From the NCBI GenBank assembly GCA_042408215.1, contig JAYFMW010000030.1, positions 608,001 to 672,000 of the forward strand: 64,000 bases of DNA. The letters run 5' to 3'. Position 1 is the stretch's first letter. Every line of letters begins with the position of its first letter. Positions 9,718-20,879 of the stretch are shown in pieces. This DNA comes from Microcoleus sp. GTDB lineage: Bacteria > Cyanobacteriota > Cyanobacteriia > Cyanobacteriales > Microcoleaceae. A program made the translations under genes and the position numbers. The notes below the pieces were generated by a model, which did not search any database, was not told the origin of the DNA, and was given only the letters and a program-made list of their open reading frames with translations.

Positions 9718-10182
9718 ATGAGTGGACAAGAAGCGCTTACCATAATCGATCGACTTTTACAAGCTGCTAACCAAGGACAAAAACTCAACGATCTGCAATC
9801 TGCTGTGTTTCTGGAAACTTGGGCCGAACATTCCTATTCGGAAATTGCTCAGCAGTTAGGTTACGAATACGACTACATCAAACAAGTGGGTTCTCGGTTG
9901 TGGCGAAGTCTCTCCCAAATCTTGGGCGAACCAGTCTCCAAGAGCAATATTCAAGCTGTTTTGCGTCGCTACCAACAATCGCAATCGGCTAAGCAAGATT
10001 TGGGTGAAGCGATCGACCTTTCCCGGTTTTATGGTCGTCCAGAGGAACTGCAAATGCTAGAAATTTGGATGATTGAAAATCGCTGTCGTTTAATGAGTAT
10101 TTTTGGACTCGGTGACATCGGTACAACTGTCGGCTGTCTTACTCTGATAATTGTTGTCGGCATCGATCGAGATAAATTGTAG
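9718..10182 (+). pseudogene. Truncated HTH-NB-ARC(STAND) protein
   Basis: Cyanobacterial N-terminal HTH (LNDLQSAVF..W...SYSEIAQQLGY..YIKQVGSRLW..LS..LGEPVSK) then DLGEAIDLSRFYGR..L..W...CRL..I.GLGDIGT, cut at the Walker A. Confidence 0.72.
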
Positions 10183-10296
10183 CTACCCGGCCGGATTTAG
10201 CCGCACACAATCTTCAAACAGTTGTGCAGCCTCGCTGAACTTTTCCCGATTGTAGAACATCTAGGCACTTTCAAAAGCTGTTTTCGCGATCGACTT
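10139..10296 (-). pseudogene. C-terminal TPR-like fragment of a signalling protein (adenylate cyclase-like)
   Basis: KTAFESA*MFYNREKFSEAAQLFEDCVRLNP / VATIYLDRCRQQLSE*, with a stop and a frameshift. Confidence 0.35.
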
Positions 10297-10384
10297 ATAT
10301 CGTTTCCGGTTGCATCGGAATGATACCGAGGACACGGCTTGGCCTTAGTCCCTACCCCATTAATTGTAGGGATACGGCACTGCC

Positions 10385-10602
10385 CATTGGTGACAACTTA
10401 AGACTGAAAGCCTTGGAATCTCTCGTTTTTAGCTGAGTCTAGATCCCCCTAAATCCCCCTTAAGAAGGGGGACTTAAAGAGGCTTCCTGTCCCACACCCC
10501 CTACTCCCCTACTCCCCTTCTTAAGGGGGGCGCCGGGGGGATCTGGCCTTAATAGTCAAACAGAATTCTCTGACTGGGTTTGACGTTAAGTTGACACCAA
10601 TG
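10385..10602. mobile_element. MITE-like element (CATTGGTG.CAACTTAA TIRs) with REP cargo, nested in another REP
   Basis: CATTGGTGACAACTTAA...TTAAGTTGACACCAATG; internal CCCCTAAATCCCCCTTAAGAAGGGGG. Confidence 0.7.
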
Positions 10603-10847
10603 GGCACTGCCGTGTCCTCCGTTTATATCATTCCGATGAAGAGAGGATTTAATATTAGCCGATCGAATTTCCGGCAGTTTCTAGTCAGGAATGCGAGTCC
10701 TTTCAATCAGGACTCATATCTAATCCGGTAGCATCGGAATTATTCATCTCTCTCTTCTCTCCCTCTGCGCCCTCTGCGCCCTAGAAAGGTTAAATCATTC
10801 CGATGCAACCGGAAACGATATCATATCAATTCCGGTTGCACCGGAAT

Positions 10848-11047
10848 GATTGTTGATTGTTGATTGTTGATTGTTGACTGTTGACTTTTGACTGTTGACT
10901 TTTGACTGTTGACTTTTGACTGTTGGCTGTTGGCGGTACGAATGTTGTCATTCCCAATGCCCCATGCCCCATGCCCCATGCCCCATTCCCCATTCCCCAT
11001 TCCCCATGCCCCATGCCCCATTCCCCATGCCCCATTCCCCATTCCCA
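10848..11047. repeat. STRR heptamer arrays (GATTGTT/GACTGTT then CCCCATG/CCCCATT)
   Basis: Direct 7-mer tandem repeats. Confidence 0.92.
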
Positions 11048-11054
11048 AGTATAT

Positions 11055-12734
11055 TTATTTTTCAGCGATTTTATCGAGTTGTTCCTTAACCAACAAATCT
11101 AACAACGAACGCAACATAAATAAACCGCCGAATCCTGAGAGAGCAAAAACTGCGATCGCCCCCATTTTGTATCCCCCCACCAGCAGCACTGCACCCGACA
11201 GCAACATCAAACCAGTCAGACCAGCAAAAATTAGAGTTTTCAGGGCTAAATTAATGCGTTTCAAGGCTCTTTCGCTCTCTATATTTCGCACTCTAATTTG
11301 CAGTTCGCCATCTTCTATCCGCTGCTCTAAACGTTTGAAAAAAACTTCCGCTTTACTGGGCTGCTGTAACTTATATGTAATAAAATTTCGCGCTTGTCTG
11401 GCTAATTCTCCGATCGCACTTCCCCGCCCTTTACTGACCGCAATACTCTTGACAAAAGGCTGAGCAGATGCTAAGAAATTGTAGTGAGGATCGAGAGTTC
11501 TGGCAATGCCATCGAGCGTCGTCAATGACTTGACAATAAACATCATTTGTGCAGGCAAGCGAAACGGCTGCTGCTCGAACATGATGTAAAGTTCGTTCTT
11601 AATTTCATTAAAAGCTTGAAAGTCGATCGGCTTATCAATAAACTTATCCAACAGAAAAGTAATCAGCCGCCGCACCGGCATCATATCCGGCATCCGGTCA
11701 ACTAAGCCGATCGCAATTAAAGTATCGAGTACCCCATCAGTATCCTTTCTCAACACAGCAAAAAAAGTCTTGACCATTTCGTCTTTAGCCAAAGACTTAA
11801 CTTCTGCCATCATCCCAAAATCGTAAAAAATCAAGCTCCCATCTTCAGTTACAGCCAAATTTCCCGGATGGGGGTCAGCTTGAAAAAAACCGTCTATTAA
11901 CAACTGCTTCAAATAACAGCAAATTCCGAGTTGATTGAGTTTCTGAATATCTACTCCAATCGCCTCTAAACTAATGCGATCGTCCACCTTAATACCGGGA
12001 GCATATTCTACAGTAATCACTTTTTTATTAGTGTATTGCCAATAGACTTTTGGGACAATAATCCGAGGATATCCTTTAAAATTATCGCCAAAGCGATCGG
12101 CATTTTTGCCTTCTTGCACGTAGTCTATTTCTTGATATAAAATCTTAAAAAACTCATGATATATAGCTTCCAAGTTGTACTTGCGCGTCCAAGGAAAATA
12201 GCGATCGCAAAAACGGATCACTTGGTAAACGGCCTTAACATCCAAATCAAATAACTTGGACAATCCCGGACGTTGCACCTTCACAACCACATCTTCCCCA
12301 GTGTGCAATCTAGCTCTATGTACCTGTCCGAGACTTGCTGCTGCGATCGGAAACGAGTCAAAATCGCGATACAAAGTATAAATATCTTTGCCCAACTCAG
12401 ATTCTACCAGGGCGATCGCCTCTTCGGAACTAAACTCAGGAACCCGATCCTGCAACTGTTCGAGTTCCTTGACATACTCAAGGGGGAGCAAATCCGCGCG
12501 AGTCGAAAGAGACTGGCCGATTTTAATAAAAGTCGGGCCCAAATCCAACAAAGTATTGACCAACCAATGAGCGCGAATTCTTCTAGTATGGGCAGATTTA
12601 TTTTGCAGCAGTCCATCCCACCACAAATAAAACAAAAACTTTCCCGCCGCTGCAAAAACATCTATTTGTCGTGCTAGCGGCGAATATTGAGAACGTTGCC
12701 AACGTAGGAGTTTGGGTGCAGTTTTTGTGAGCAT
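11055..12734 (-). CDS. ABC1/UbiB (AarF) family atypical kinase
   Basis: LGPTFIKIGQ, AAASLGQVH, VVVKVQRP, QADPHPGN, YDFGMM; C-terminal TM helices. Confidence 0.93.
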   Translation of the reverse strand: MLTKTAPKLLRWQRSQYSPLARQIDVFAAAGKFLFYLWWDGLLQNKSAHTRRIRAHWLVNTLLDLGPTFIKIGQSLSTRADLLPLEYVKELEQLQDRVPEFSSEEAIALVESELGKDIYTLYRDFDSFPIAAASLGQVHRARLHTGEDVVVKVQRPGLSKLFDLDVKAVYQVIRFCDRYFPWTRKYNLEAIYHEFFKILYQEIDYVQEGKNADRFGDNFKGYPRIIVPKVYWQYTNKKVITVEYAPGIKVDDRISLEAIGVDIQKLNQLGICCYLKQLLIDGFFQADPHPGNLAVTEDGSLIFYDFGMMAEVKSLAKDEMVKTFFAVLRKDTDGVLDTLIAIGLVDRMPDMMPVRRLITFLLDKFIDKPIDFQAFNEIKNELYIMFEQQPFRLPAQMMFIVKSLTTLDGIARTLDPHYNFLASAQPFVKSIAVSKGRGSAIGELARQARNFITYKLQQPSKAEVFFKRLEQRIEDGELQIRVRNIESERALKRINLALKTLIFAGLTGLMLLSGAVLLVGGYKMGAIAVFALSGFGGLFMLRSLLDLLVKEQLDKIAEK

Positions 12735-12825
12735 AATATTCACGATCGAGTTCAATGCACCGCAAAAAGTTTAACTAGGTCATCAGCAATTAGAAAAATA
12801 ACTAATTGCCCATTTCTGGGCCTAT

Positions 12826-15042
12826 TTATTCTTCCAGACTAGAGAGTTCCCCTGGAAATTGTGGCAGAGTCAGAGTAAAAGATGTACGCCACAACCGATC
12901 GCCTTCAGAACTCTCGGACGGACGGCTATCAACATCAATACTACCATTCAAGTGCTGTACTAAATACTTTACCAGAGTCAGACCCAAACCGGTGCCGGGG
13001 ATAGCTTGGTCAGTGATACCAGTGCCGCGGCGGAACTTTTCAAAGATGTGTGGTAAATCAGCAGCAGAAATACCACACCCGAAATTAGATACTGTGAGGA
13101 CAAAGTAGCCCCCTGCTGCGGACACCTCCAAAACTACCACAGTTCCAGAAGCCGAGTATTTGCCGGCATTCGTCAGCAGTTCCAGCAAGATCCGATTGAG
13201 GCTGTCCCGGTCAGTTTGCAAAGCAGATAATGGATTTGGCAAATCCACCTTCAGAGTCAATCCCTTGTCTGCCCAGTTTTGCTCACAATCAAGGGCCAAA
13301 TCTTGAATTAAATCCTTGAGATCGATCGGCAGTATAGAAATAGGGACTGGAAACGGCTCAAATTGCTTGAGCGCCAGCAAATCGTTAACCAGAGCGGTTT
13401 CCCTAGAACACTGCTGCTCTAGAATGTCGAGATACTTAGCCCGACTCGCCGGCGAATGTTCAACTTGTTTGAGCATCAGAATTGCCAGCTTCATGATTGT
13501 CAAAGGGGTACGCAACTCGTGACTCATCACGGCGAGAAACTCGTCTTGAATCTGCTTCAACTGGCGCAGTTGCTCTTGTTGATTGGCAGATTGCTCGTAT
13601 AACTGCCCTTGGACATCTTGACTTTGCTTTAACTGAACGTTTCTGTCTTCGACAATAGCTTGCAAGTCCTTGAGCGTCTGAGTTTGGAGCATCGCCTGGG
13701 TGACTTGAGCAGCGACTAATTCTAGAACTTCCAATTCTTCAGGCCTCCAAGTACGGGGCGAGGAGTGCTGCAACATCAAGAACCCCAACACGGTGTCTGG
13801 TTCCCTCGCGCCCACTAGAGGCACCAGCACCCAGGCGCGAATGCCTTTGAGATTCAAGATTTCTGCGGGCTTTTGGTGTTCATTGCCGATCGATTCACCT
13901 GCGTCAGCCAGGGCGAGGGATTTAGGTGCGCTCTTGAATGCTTCCAGACACAAACTAGATTCCGACATCCAAAAAGCCGGGGAATTATTTGATTTTGAGT
14001 TGGGGATTTTGGTTTTGGAATTAGCAGTTTTATCCTTGTTTTTGGTTTTGGCTCTCGAGCTTTTTTTCCCCGCTGCGCTTTGTTCAATTGCCTGTTTGCT
14101 TTGATCTTTTTGGCGCTCGGATTCGCAAACTAATACGACTTTTGCTTTGGGAGTTTGAGTGGAGGATCTACTTTTTAAGAGTGGGTCTGTATATTGCAAG
14201 AGCAGGATTTGACCTCGATCTACTTCCAGGATATCTGTGGTATTTTCAATAACTCGCTGCAAAATTAGATCGATTTCTGAACTCCTGTCGATCGATAAAG
14301 CAACTCTGCGGAGGAGATGTTGATATTTAGCTTGTTGCTGCAACTGTTGGTTTAAACTGGCAATTTCTTGAGTTTTTTGAATGTGAGAAATCGCGCAGGC
14401 GATCGCGTCTGATACTGCTTCGACGCGCTGCCGATCGGCAGCAGACCACTCGTAAGGTTGCGACTTGACAATAATCATAATGCCATTGATCGCCCCCCCG
14501 AATCGTGCAGGCGCTGCCAAAATAGCCCGCACCTCGATCGGTGTCGCAGCGGCATTCGGCGCGTTTGCAGCCCTTTGAGCTTGAATATCGGAAATCACCA
14601 CCACCTCGCCATCTGTCAGCACCTGAGCTAAGACTGGTGAAATTAAGGGCGAGTTTAAGATTGTGGTTTGGTGGAATTGCGGTGTTTGAGTGAAATCTGC
14701 TGCGGTATCGGAGGATAAAGGGCGATCGCTCCCAATGTGCCAGCAAGCATTCGGAATTGCGACTCTGTTGTCAGTTACAGCAGCAACCAAACAACAATCA
14801 GCCCCCCATGCTACGCCCAAAGTATTGGCTATTTGCAGCAGCATTTCTCGATCGGGGCTGGTCGCGACAATTTGGCAAATTTGTGGCCCTCCAAAGGCAG
14901 GATCGACCTGGTACTGCATTATTCGATCCAGAAATTTTTGGACTGATAAGGGTTCTGCGATTTGCGGTAGATGTAATGGGTAAGACTCTGACGTCGCCCG
15001 GTTGAGCGGAGCCAAATCTGGATTTCCCTGATCGTTAGTCAT
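12826..15042 (-). CDS. GAF-GAF sensor histidine kinase
   Basis: Two GAF-like segments; H-box MSHELRTPL, N-box ELLTNAGKY, F-box IFEKFRRG, G2 GTGLGL. Confidence 0.88.
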   Translation of the reverse strand: MTNDQGNPDLAPLNRATSESYPLHLPQIAEPLSVQKFLDRIMQYQVDPAFGGPQICQIVATSPDREMLLQIANTLGVAWGADCCLVAAVTDNRVAIPNACWHIGSDRPLSSDTAADFTQTPQFHQTTILNSPLISPVLAQVLTDGEVVVISDIQAQRAANAPNAAATPIEVRAILAAPARFGGAINGIMIIVKSQPYEWSAADRQRVEAVSDAIACAISHIQKTQEIASLNQQLQQQAKYQHLLRRVALSIDRSSEIDLILQRVIENTTDILEVDRGQILLLQYTDPLLKSRSSTQTPKAKVVLVCESERQKDQSKQAIEQSAAGKKSSRAKTKNKDKTANSKTKIPNSKSNNSPAFWMSESSLCLEAFKSAPKSLALADAGESIGNEHQKPAEILNLKGIRAWVLVPLVGAREPDTVLGFLMLQHSSPRTWRPEELEVLELVAAQVTQAMLQTQTLKDLQAIVEDRNVQLKQSQDVQGQLYEQSANQQEQLRQLKQIQDEFLAVMSHELRTPLTIMKLAILMLKQVEHSPASRAKYLDILEQQCSRETALVNDLLALKQFEPFPVPISILPIDLKDLIQDLALDCEQNWADKGLTLKVDLPNPLSALQTDRDSLNRILLELLTNAGKYSASGTVVVLEVSAAGGYFVLTVSNFGCGISAADLPHIFEKFRRGTGITDQAIPGTGLGLTLVKYLVQHLNGSIDVDSRPSESSEGDRLWRTSFTLTLPQFPGELSSLEE

Positions 15043-15418
15043 AGCAGACAAACCTTTATTTTAATGTGTTTGAGCCTGCGAGTCCTGCAAAGCATAGAAC
15101 CTATCAAACCCCCGCTAACCCTACGGGTTAGCGGGGGTTTGTTGACAGTTATTAGTATTCAGCTTTGCTAGAGACTGGTTGGTGACACCCCTGTCCCTAA
15201 CCTGTGATGTTTTCTATTTAAGTTTGTGATTTTAGCAAATTTCTTTTGTGATACCACAGTGCCGTGTTGGTGACGCCGATCGCACAAAATTCCCTCTAGA
15301 AAAATAAAAGTTTCCGCTCAATCAGATAGCTTCCGACTTGAAAATCAAAAATTGCAATTTACAACTGCTATTGAGGCACTCAGACCGCCCTAAATATAAA
15401 TTTATGCGGCTGCCTGAG

Positions 15419-16294
15419 TTACTTATTTTCGGCTTCCTGTTGGGCTTTTTCGCTATTTTGGCGGTAAAGAGCCGTCCGGTTAGTAGCCGTTGTGTAGCGG
15501 GGATGCTGTCCAGGGACTGCTGCCATCAAATCCGAAGCTTGCTGCCACTTAGCAGCTACTACTAACCAATCCTCGCGAGATTGGGCTGTTTTGCCCTCTC
15601 TGGCTGCTTGCTCAGCCAGCCGCACAGCTTGTGCAAAAGAGTCAACATTAGAGCTAGCAGTCTCCTGAGAAATTTTATGAGCAGGTGTTACCTCGCCGGC
15701 GGGAGACGCCACTGCTTGGGTTGTGACTGAGGTGCTGTTTGCAACTTGGGAATTTAGTCCTTTGTAGATGGTGGCCACCACTGCGAGCAACACCACGCTC
15801 AGACAGACGCCACCGATGATACCACGCTGAAATTGCCGCGGTTCCTGCATAAATCGACGAGGTGCCCCCATTCTAGGTAAAGCCAGTTTCGGGCCTCTCT
15901 CTTGGCGTTCCTTTTGAGCTAGAGCGAAACGCTGCCAAAAATTGGGTTTGATCAGTTTAATTTCTTGCGACCACAGCAGTTGATTTTCCGGATCGCGACT
16001 AATTTCTTCCAGCCACAGCAATTGGTGTTCTCGAACCAGGCGGCTATTGATGTTGACTCGGCGAATATTGCGGGGCGAAATTCCCTCCAAAATTTGCCGC
16101 ACCCGATCGACCAAGTGAGACTGTTCGAGCAGCTCGACTTTTGCAGCCTCGCACAGCAGTTGCAGCACCCCATCTGCAAACACAGCCCTGGTTCTGACAC
16201 CTACCTGTGCGAGTTTGTCATTGAGAACTTGAATGATCGCTGCCACCGAGCCCTCGTGAGCCTGTCTGGCAATATTATCTATTTGATTCGTCAT
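15419..16294 (-). CDS. Conserved cyanobacterial hypothetical membrane protein
   Basis: 291-aa ORF with one TM helix; N-terminal ARQAHEGSVAAIIQVLN and C-terminal helical domain. Confidence 0.75.
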   Translation of the reverse strand: MTNQIDNIARQAHEGSVAAIIQVLNDKLAQVGVRTRAVFADGVLQLLCEAAKVELLEQSHLVDRVRQILEGISPRNIRRVNINSRLVREHQLLWLEEISRDPENQLLWSQEIKLIKPNFWQRFALAQKERQERGPKLALPRMGAPRRFMQEPRQFQRGIIGGVCLSVVLLAVVATIYKGLNSQVANSTSVTTQAVASPAGEVTPAHKISQETASSNVDSFAQAVRLAEQAAREGKTAQSREDWLVVAAKWQQASDLMAAVPGQHPRYTTATNRTALYRQNSEKAQQEAENK

Positions 16295-16339
16295 CGGAAT
16301 ATATTAAAGCTTAGCAAGCTGTTAATTGTTAACCTAAAC

Positions 16340-17690
16340 TGCTATCTAAAACCCGGACAAACCCGGATATTAGTTGACACTTCATCAGGTAGCGACGGCG
16401 CAATTAACCCTCTGTGTCCAGACTCGGTTTAGCCATCCGAGCAGATTTTTCCAAATTAATAGAGGCATTGAAGTCCCTGTCAACTAAAAGTCCACAAGCA
16501 GAGCAATCGTAAATCCTTGCGCTCAACGACATCGGTTGCTTGTCACCACAGTTAGAACATAACTGAGTAGAAGCATACCAGCGATCGACTTTAACAACAC
16601 AGGAACCATAACGCTCTGCTTTGTACTCAATTTGTCGTCTAAACTCGTAGAAATTAGCGTCTGCCACAGCACCCGCCAGTTTATGGTTAGCCATCATCCC
16701 AGACAGGTTTAAATCCTCAATCGCTACAACCGCGTGGTTTTTGCAAATGTAATTTGTAGCTTTATGAGTCGCATCAAGTCTGATGTTTTTCACTCGCTGA
16801 TGAGTTGAAGCTAACCTTAACTTTTGTCGTCGATATCGATTACTACCCTTTTGTTTTCGCTGCAACTGACGCTGCATCCGCGCTAGTTGCTGACGTGCTT
16901 TCCCATAAGCCTGGGGATTGGCAATCACAACGCCACTAGATAGGGTAGCCAACTGCTTAATTCCCACATCCACACCCACAAAATCCCGCGACTTCGGCGT
17001 CACTTCTGGCTCTATTTCATAACTAAAGCTGATGTACCAGTTGCCAGCCTCTTGTGAAATGGTAAATGTTTTTGTGGTGACGTGGGGCAAGCCTTCAAAT
17101 GTAGATACCCAGCCAATTGTGGGTAACTTCAAGCGAGGGCCGCCTACAGCTATTGGTCTGCCACTAGCATCGATGGTAAAACTATCGTGTCTGCCCTTTT
17201 TCTTGAACTTGGGATAACTTGTCCTACCAGAAAAGAAGTTCCCAAATGCCTTGCCTAGATGGTCAAAAGCATACTGAGTTACTTTTTGACAAATGCCTTG
17301 TTCTTTGATCCAGGGATAGACAGGCTTAACGTGATTGTTAAAAAACTTCTTTAAAACCAAAGCATTAGGCTTCAATCCCTGGGAGTAGAGTGCGCTCCAG
17401 ATTCCTAGTCCCCAGTTAAATGTAAACCGAGCAATACCTGCGTGTTTTGCCATTAACACGGCTTGGGCATCGGTTAGTTTAAGCTTGGTTTTGAGGGAAG
17501 TCAGCACAAGTCTGTGAATAATTTAATTAGTTTTGATGTTAACACAACCGATTGCGAGCGTCACGAGAACAGAAACTAAACGAGGAAAGTCAGAAGTTGT
17601 CTACAGAATCAGCGATCGAGATTTAGCGACCGGAGCATTATACCACTATGTCCGTATATGTCCGGCTAAGTTAAGATTAAATTGCGCCTC
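16340..17690 (-). mobile_element. IS607-like non-autonomous TnpB element (no serine recombinase); boundaries approximate
   Basis: Short CCGGAC/GTCCG direct repeats at both ends (ACCCGGACAAACCCGGAT; TATGTCCGTATATGTCCGG) flanking tnpB. Confidence 0.55.
16404..17507 (-). CDS. tnpB: RNA-guided endonuclease TnpB
   Basis: HAGIARFTFNWGL, GVDVGIK, IEDLN, CSNCG..CSACG zinc finger, DRDFNASINL. Confidence 0.93.
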   Translation of the reverse strand: MLTSLKTKLKLTDAQAVLMAKHAGIARFTFNWGLGIWSALYSQGLKPNALVLKKFFNNHVKPVYPWIKEQGICQKVTQYAFDHLGKAFGNFFSGRTSYPKFKKKGRHDSFTIDASGRPIAVGGPRLKLPTIGWVSTFEGLPHVTTKTFTISQEAGNWYISFSYEIEPEVTPKSRDFVGVDVGIKQLATLSSGVVIANPQAYGKARQQLARMQRQLQRKQKGSNRYRRQKLRLASTHQRVKNIRLDATHKATNYICKNHAVVAIEDLNLSGMMANHKLAGAVADANFYEFRRQIEYKAERYGSCVVKVDRWYASTQLCSNCGDKQPMSLSARIYDCSACGLLVDRDFNASINLEKSARMAKPSLDTEG

Positions 17691-17823
17691 TCGGATCTGA
17701 ATTTTCACCTATACAGGCGATCGCTGACACTCCCAGGTTAAAATGGACAAGTGTAAATCTTGCATACTGCTCCGACTTCACAAACATCGCAACAGCATCT
17801 CAGAGACCAACAGGAAATAAACT

Positions 17824-18369
17824 ATGGGCAAAGTAATTAGCGGTAAAATTTTTGTTGTAGACGACAACATCGATACAGATCAAATTATCCCTGCCGAATA
17901 CCTGACCCTGGTTCCCTCAAAGCCGGACGAGTACGAGAAACTAGGCAGTTACGCGATGATTGGGTTGCCCGATCGCTATGGCAAGTTTATCGAAGCTGGT
18001 GAACAGAAAACCCAGTATTCGATTATAATCGCTGGCGAAAATTTTGGCTGCGGTTCTTCGCGAGAGCACGCTCCGATCGCTCTAGGTGCCGCTGGCGTCG
18101 CAGCTGTGGTGGCTCTGTCTTACGCTCGCATCTTCTTTCGCAATTGCTCAGCTACTGGTGAATTGTACCCGATCGAATCAGTCGATCGACTCTGTGACTT
18201 ATTTGCTACGGGCCAAGAAGTGACGATCGATTTTACAGCAGGGCGAATCATCAACCACACTCTCGATCGAACTTACTCCCTCAAACCTTTAGGAGAAGTA
18301 GAGCCCGTCATTGATGCCGGAGGGTTGTTTGACTACGCGCGCCAAACGGGAATGATTGCCGCTCGGTAA
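17824..18369 (+). CDS. leuD: 3-isopropylmalate dehydratase small subunit
   Basis: DNIDTDQIIPAEYL, GENFGCGSSREHAP, YARIFFRN. Confidence 0.95.
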   Translation: MGKVISGKIFVVDDNIDTDQIIPAEYLTLVPSKPDEYEKLGSYAMIGLPDRYGKFIEAGEQKTQYSIIIAGENFGCGSSREHAPIALGAAGVAAVVALSYARIFFRNCSATGELYPIESVDRLCDLFATGQEVTIDFTAGRIINHTLDRTYSLKPLGEVEPVIDAGGLFDYARQTGMIAAR

Positions 18370-18856
18370 AAGAGGGCAACCACAGGGGGATTGCCCCTAC
18401 AGAAACCCGATGGCAACCACGGGGGGATTGCCTACAAAAACCGGGTTTCTTGATTTTGTTTGTATTGATTTCCGCCTACTTTAATTTTGAAAGTTGGTAG
18501 TGCCTAACAAGTAATGATACTTGCTAGAGTAGTGTGGTAGTTCTGGCGTTGCTGAGTGAAAGTATGGTAAAACTTCATTAAGATTGTAAGCATTGACAAG
18601 CAATAGTAGTATCATATAGTCATGAGGCAGCTCCGATTCCCATTTATGCGAATGATGGCGCTTGTTGATAGGTCTTACAATATTATGCGAAAAGCAATCC
18701 CAAACGCCTTGTGCAATGGGATAGGTCCTGTACTTGGGCCCAGGCGGGTCAATCCGCTCAAAGTAAAAAAGAAAGGGGAGGGACTCAATGCCTCCCATGT
18801 CATGTAATAGATGACTATACTTTTACAAGCTATGAATCACAGAGTTCCTAACCCTC

Positions 18857-20263
18857 CTAGCGCCCAATTTCAACATCTTCAAGGATACCAAGTGCGTCAG
18901 GTACTAGCACGGCTGCGGAGTAATATGCAGTAACAAGGTAGGACATAATCGCCTTTTCACTAATACCCATAAATCTAACAGATAGGCCAGGTTGATATTC
19001 GTCGGGTATTCCTGTTTGTTGTAAACCGATCACGCCCTGATCTTCTTCACCAGTACGCATCACAAGAATAGAACTGGTTTGGTTTTTGGTGATGGGTATC
19101 TTATTACAAGGAAGAAGAGGTACACCACGCCACGCAATAACTTTACTTCCATCCATGTCGAGGTTTTGTGGATAGATGCCCAAACGGTTACATTGGCGAC
19201 CGAAGGCTGCAATAGTGCGAGGATGGGCTAACAAAAACTTCGACTTTCTGCGGCGAGTCAGCAATTCATCTAAGTCATCAGGAGTAGGCGCACCAGTGCG
19301 GGGGTGAAGACGCTGTTTAAGGTCAGCATTGTGCAGTAAACCAAATTCACGGTTATTGATCAACTCATATTCTTGACGTTCCCGTAATGCCTCAACAGTC
19401 AGACGCAATTGTTGTTCCGTCTGATTCATCGGTTCATTATACAAATCAGCCACGCGAGTATTGATCCTTAACACAGTTTGGGCAATACTTAACTCATATT
19501 CCCGGGGAGAAAGTTCGTAGTCAACGAAAGTCCCTGGTAATTGAGTTTCTCCAGTATGTCCTGAAGATAAAGCAATAGCCGCTTCACCCTGCTTATTCTG
19601 TGGTAATTGTGCGCGAGTTACGGCTCGATCAATATGAGACTGCAAAGCCTCCGACTGGTTTAGCACTTCCCTAAACGCTTGTTGTGGTAAGGCTAATACT
19701 GTGCATCGGGTGAGGGCCTTAACGGTAAACTTCCAACTGCTTTGAGACGCTACTAAAACCTCATCGCCAAAATGATCCCCATCGGCTAACGCGCCCAATA
19801 AAGGTTCTTCTTCATATTTGGCAATACCAAATTTATTAACTTTACCATGAGCGATCAGAAAAAGCCGATCGGCTGGCTGACCTGACTGTACGATGATGTC
19901 ATCGGGTGCAAACTCCTGTTGCACAAACCGACTGGCCAAAGCCGTCAAAACTTCAACATCATCAAACCCTCGCAGCAAGGGTAATTCACAAAGTTCTTGG
20001 GGAATTACCTGGACATTCGCTCCCGTATTGGTGAAAGTAACTCGCCCATCACCTACGGTATAGGTTAACCGACGGTTTACCCGATAATTACCACCTTTGA
20101 TCTGTACCCACGGCAACATCTTCAACAACCACCGCGAGGTAATTTCCTGCATTTGCGGTGCAGATTTAGTTGTTGTTGCCAAATTACGGGCTGCGGCTGT
20201 ACCTAAACTCTGTTGAGGTTGTCCATTCTCAACCTCCAAACTCGAATCATTAGAATATGTCAT
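18857..20263 (-). CDS. cnb: Cyclic nucleotide-binding protein / family 2B encapsulin shell protein
   Basis: [35 protein letters not shown], internal cNMP-binding domain, [23 protein letters not shown]; in the geosmin cluster. Confidence 0.9.
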   Translation of the reverse strand: MTYSNDSSLEVENGQPQQSLGTAAARNLATTTKSAPQMQEITSRWLLKMLPWVQIKGGNYRVNRRLTYTVGDGRVTFTNTGANVQVIPQELCELPLLRGFDDVEVLTALASRFVQQEFAPDDIIVQSGQPADRLFLIAHGKVNKFGIAKYEEEPLLGALADGDHFGDEVLVASQSSWKFTVKALTRCTVLALPQQAFREVLNQSEALQSHIDRAVTRAQLPQNKQGEAAIALSSGHTGETQLPGTFVDYELSPREYELSIAQTVLRINTRVADLYNEPMNQTEQQLRLTVEALRERQEYELINNREFGLLHNADLKQRLHPRTGAPTPDDLDELLTRRRKSKFLLAHPRTIAAFGRQCNRLGIYPQNLDMDGSKVIAWRGVPLLPCNKIPITKNQTSSILVMRTGEEDQGVIGLQQTGIPDEYQPGLSVRFMGISEKAIMSYLVTAYYSAAVLVPDALGILEDVEIGR

Positions 20264-20300
20264 TATCTCATCCTCTAATTACTCACAAAAATGCTGAATA

Positions 20301-20761
20301 ATACCAATTTCATCGATTCTTACTACATTGGGTTGATCCCCCCTAACCCCCCTTAAAAAGGGGGGAATAAGAAATTTGCTCAAAGTCCCCCTTTTTAAGG
20401 GGGGAACAAGAAATTTGCTCAAAGTCCCCCTTTTTAAAGGGGGGAACAAGAAATTTGCTCAAAGTCCCCCTTTTTAAGGGGGGAACAAGAAATTTGCTCA
20501 AAGTCCCCCTTTTTAAGGGGGGAACAAGAAATTTGCTCAAAGTCCCTTTTTTTAAGGGGGGAACAAGAAATTTGCTCAAAGTCCCTTTTTTTAAGGGGGG
20601 AACAAGAAATTTGCTCAAAGTCCCTTTTTTTAAGGGGGGAACAAGAAATTTGTTCAAAGTCCCTTTTTTTAAGGGGGGAACAAGAAATTTGCTCAAAGTC
20701 CCCCTTTTTAAGGGGGATTTAGGGGGATCGTTTTTGTAGCAGTGTTTTATGAATTTGGTAT
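20301..20761. repeat. MITE-like element (ATACCAATT TIRs) containing 9 tandem 39-40-bp hairpin repeats
   Basis: Unit AAGGGGGGAACAAGAAATTTGCTCAAAGTCCCCCTTTTT x9; same shell with a single REP at 50704-50868. Confidence 0.88.
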
Positions 20762-20879
20762 CAAATAGTTGAGAGGTCAAAGTAATCAATTTTTTGTCAA
20801 AAATTACTGGATTTAACCCTAAAAATAGAGCGTAATTACCAATTGACAAAAATCAATTACCTTAACCTCTCCGAACCAA

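Noticed and set aside
1723..10700. Integrative element or prophage at tRNA-Glu
   Set aside because: No integrase, no duplicated tRNA 3' end and no structural phage genes were seen.
10821..11463. GMGHGEW / PHAPCP ORFs (also 38545-38791 and 39297-39587)
   Set aside because: Translations of STRR heptamer repeats.
18481..18807. Overlapping 105-aa and 61-aa ORFs after the encapsulin genes
   Set aside because: No recognisable motif; I cannot support either as a gene.
20337..20730. CRISPR-like regular array and 168-aa/94-aa repeat ORFs
   Set aside because: Units are essentially identical with no unique spacers and no cas genes; the ORFs are by-products of a 39-bp period.
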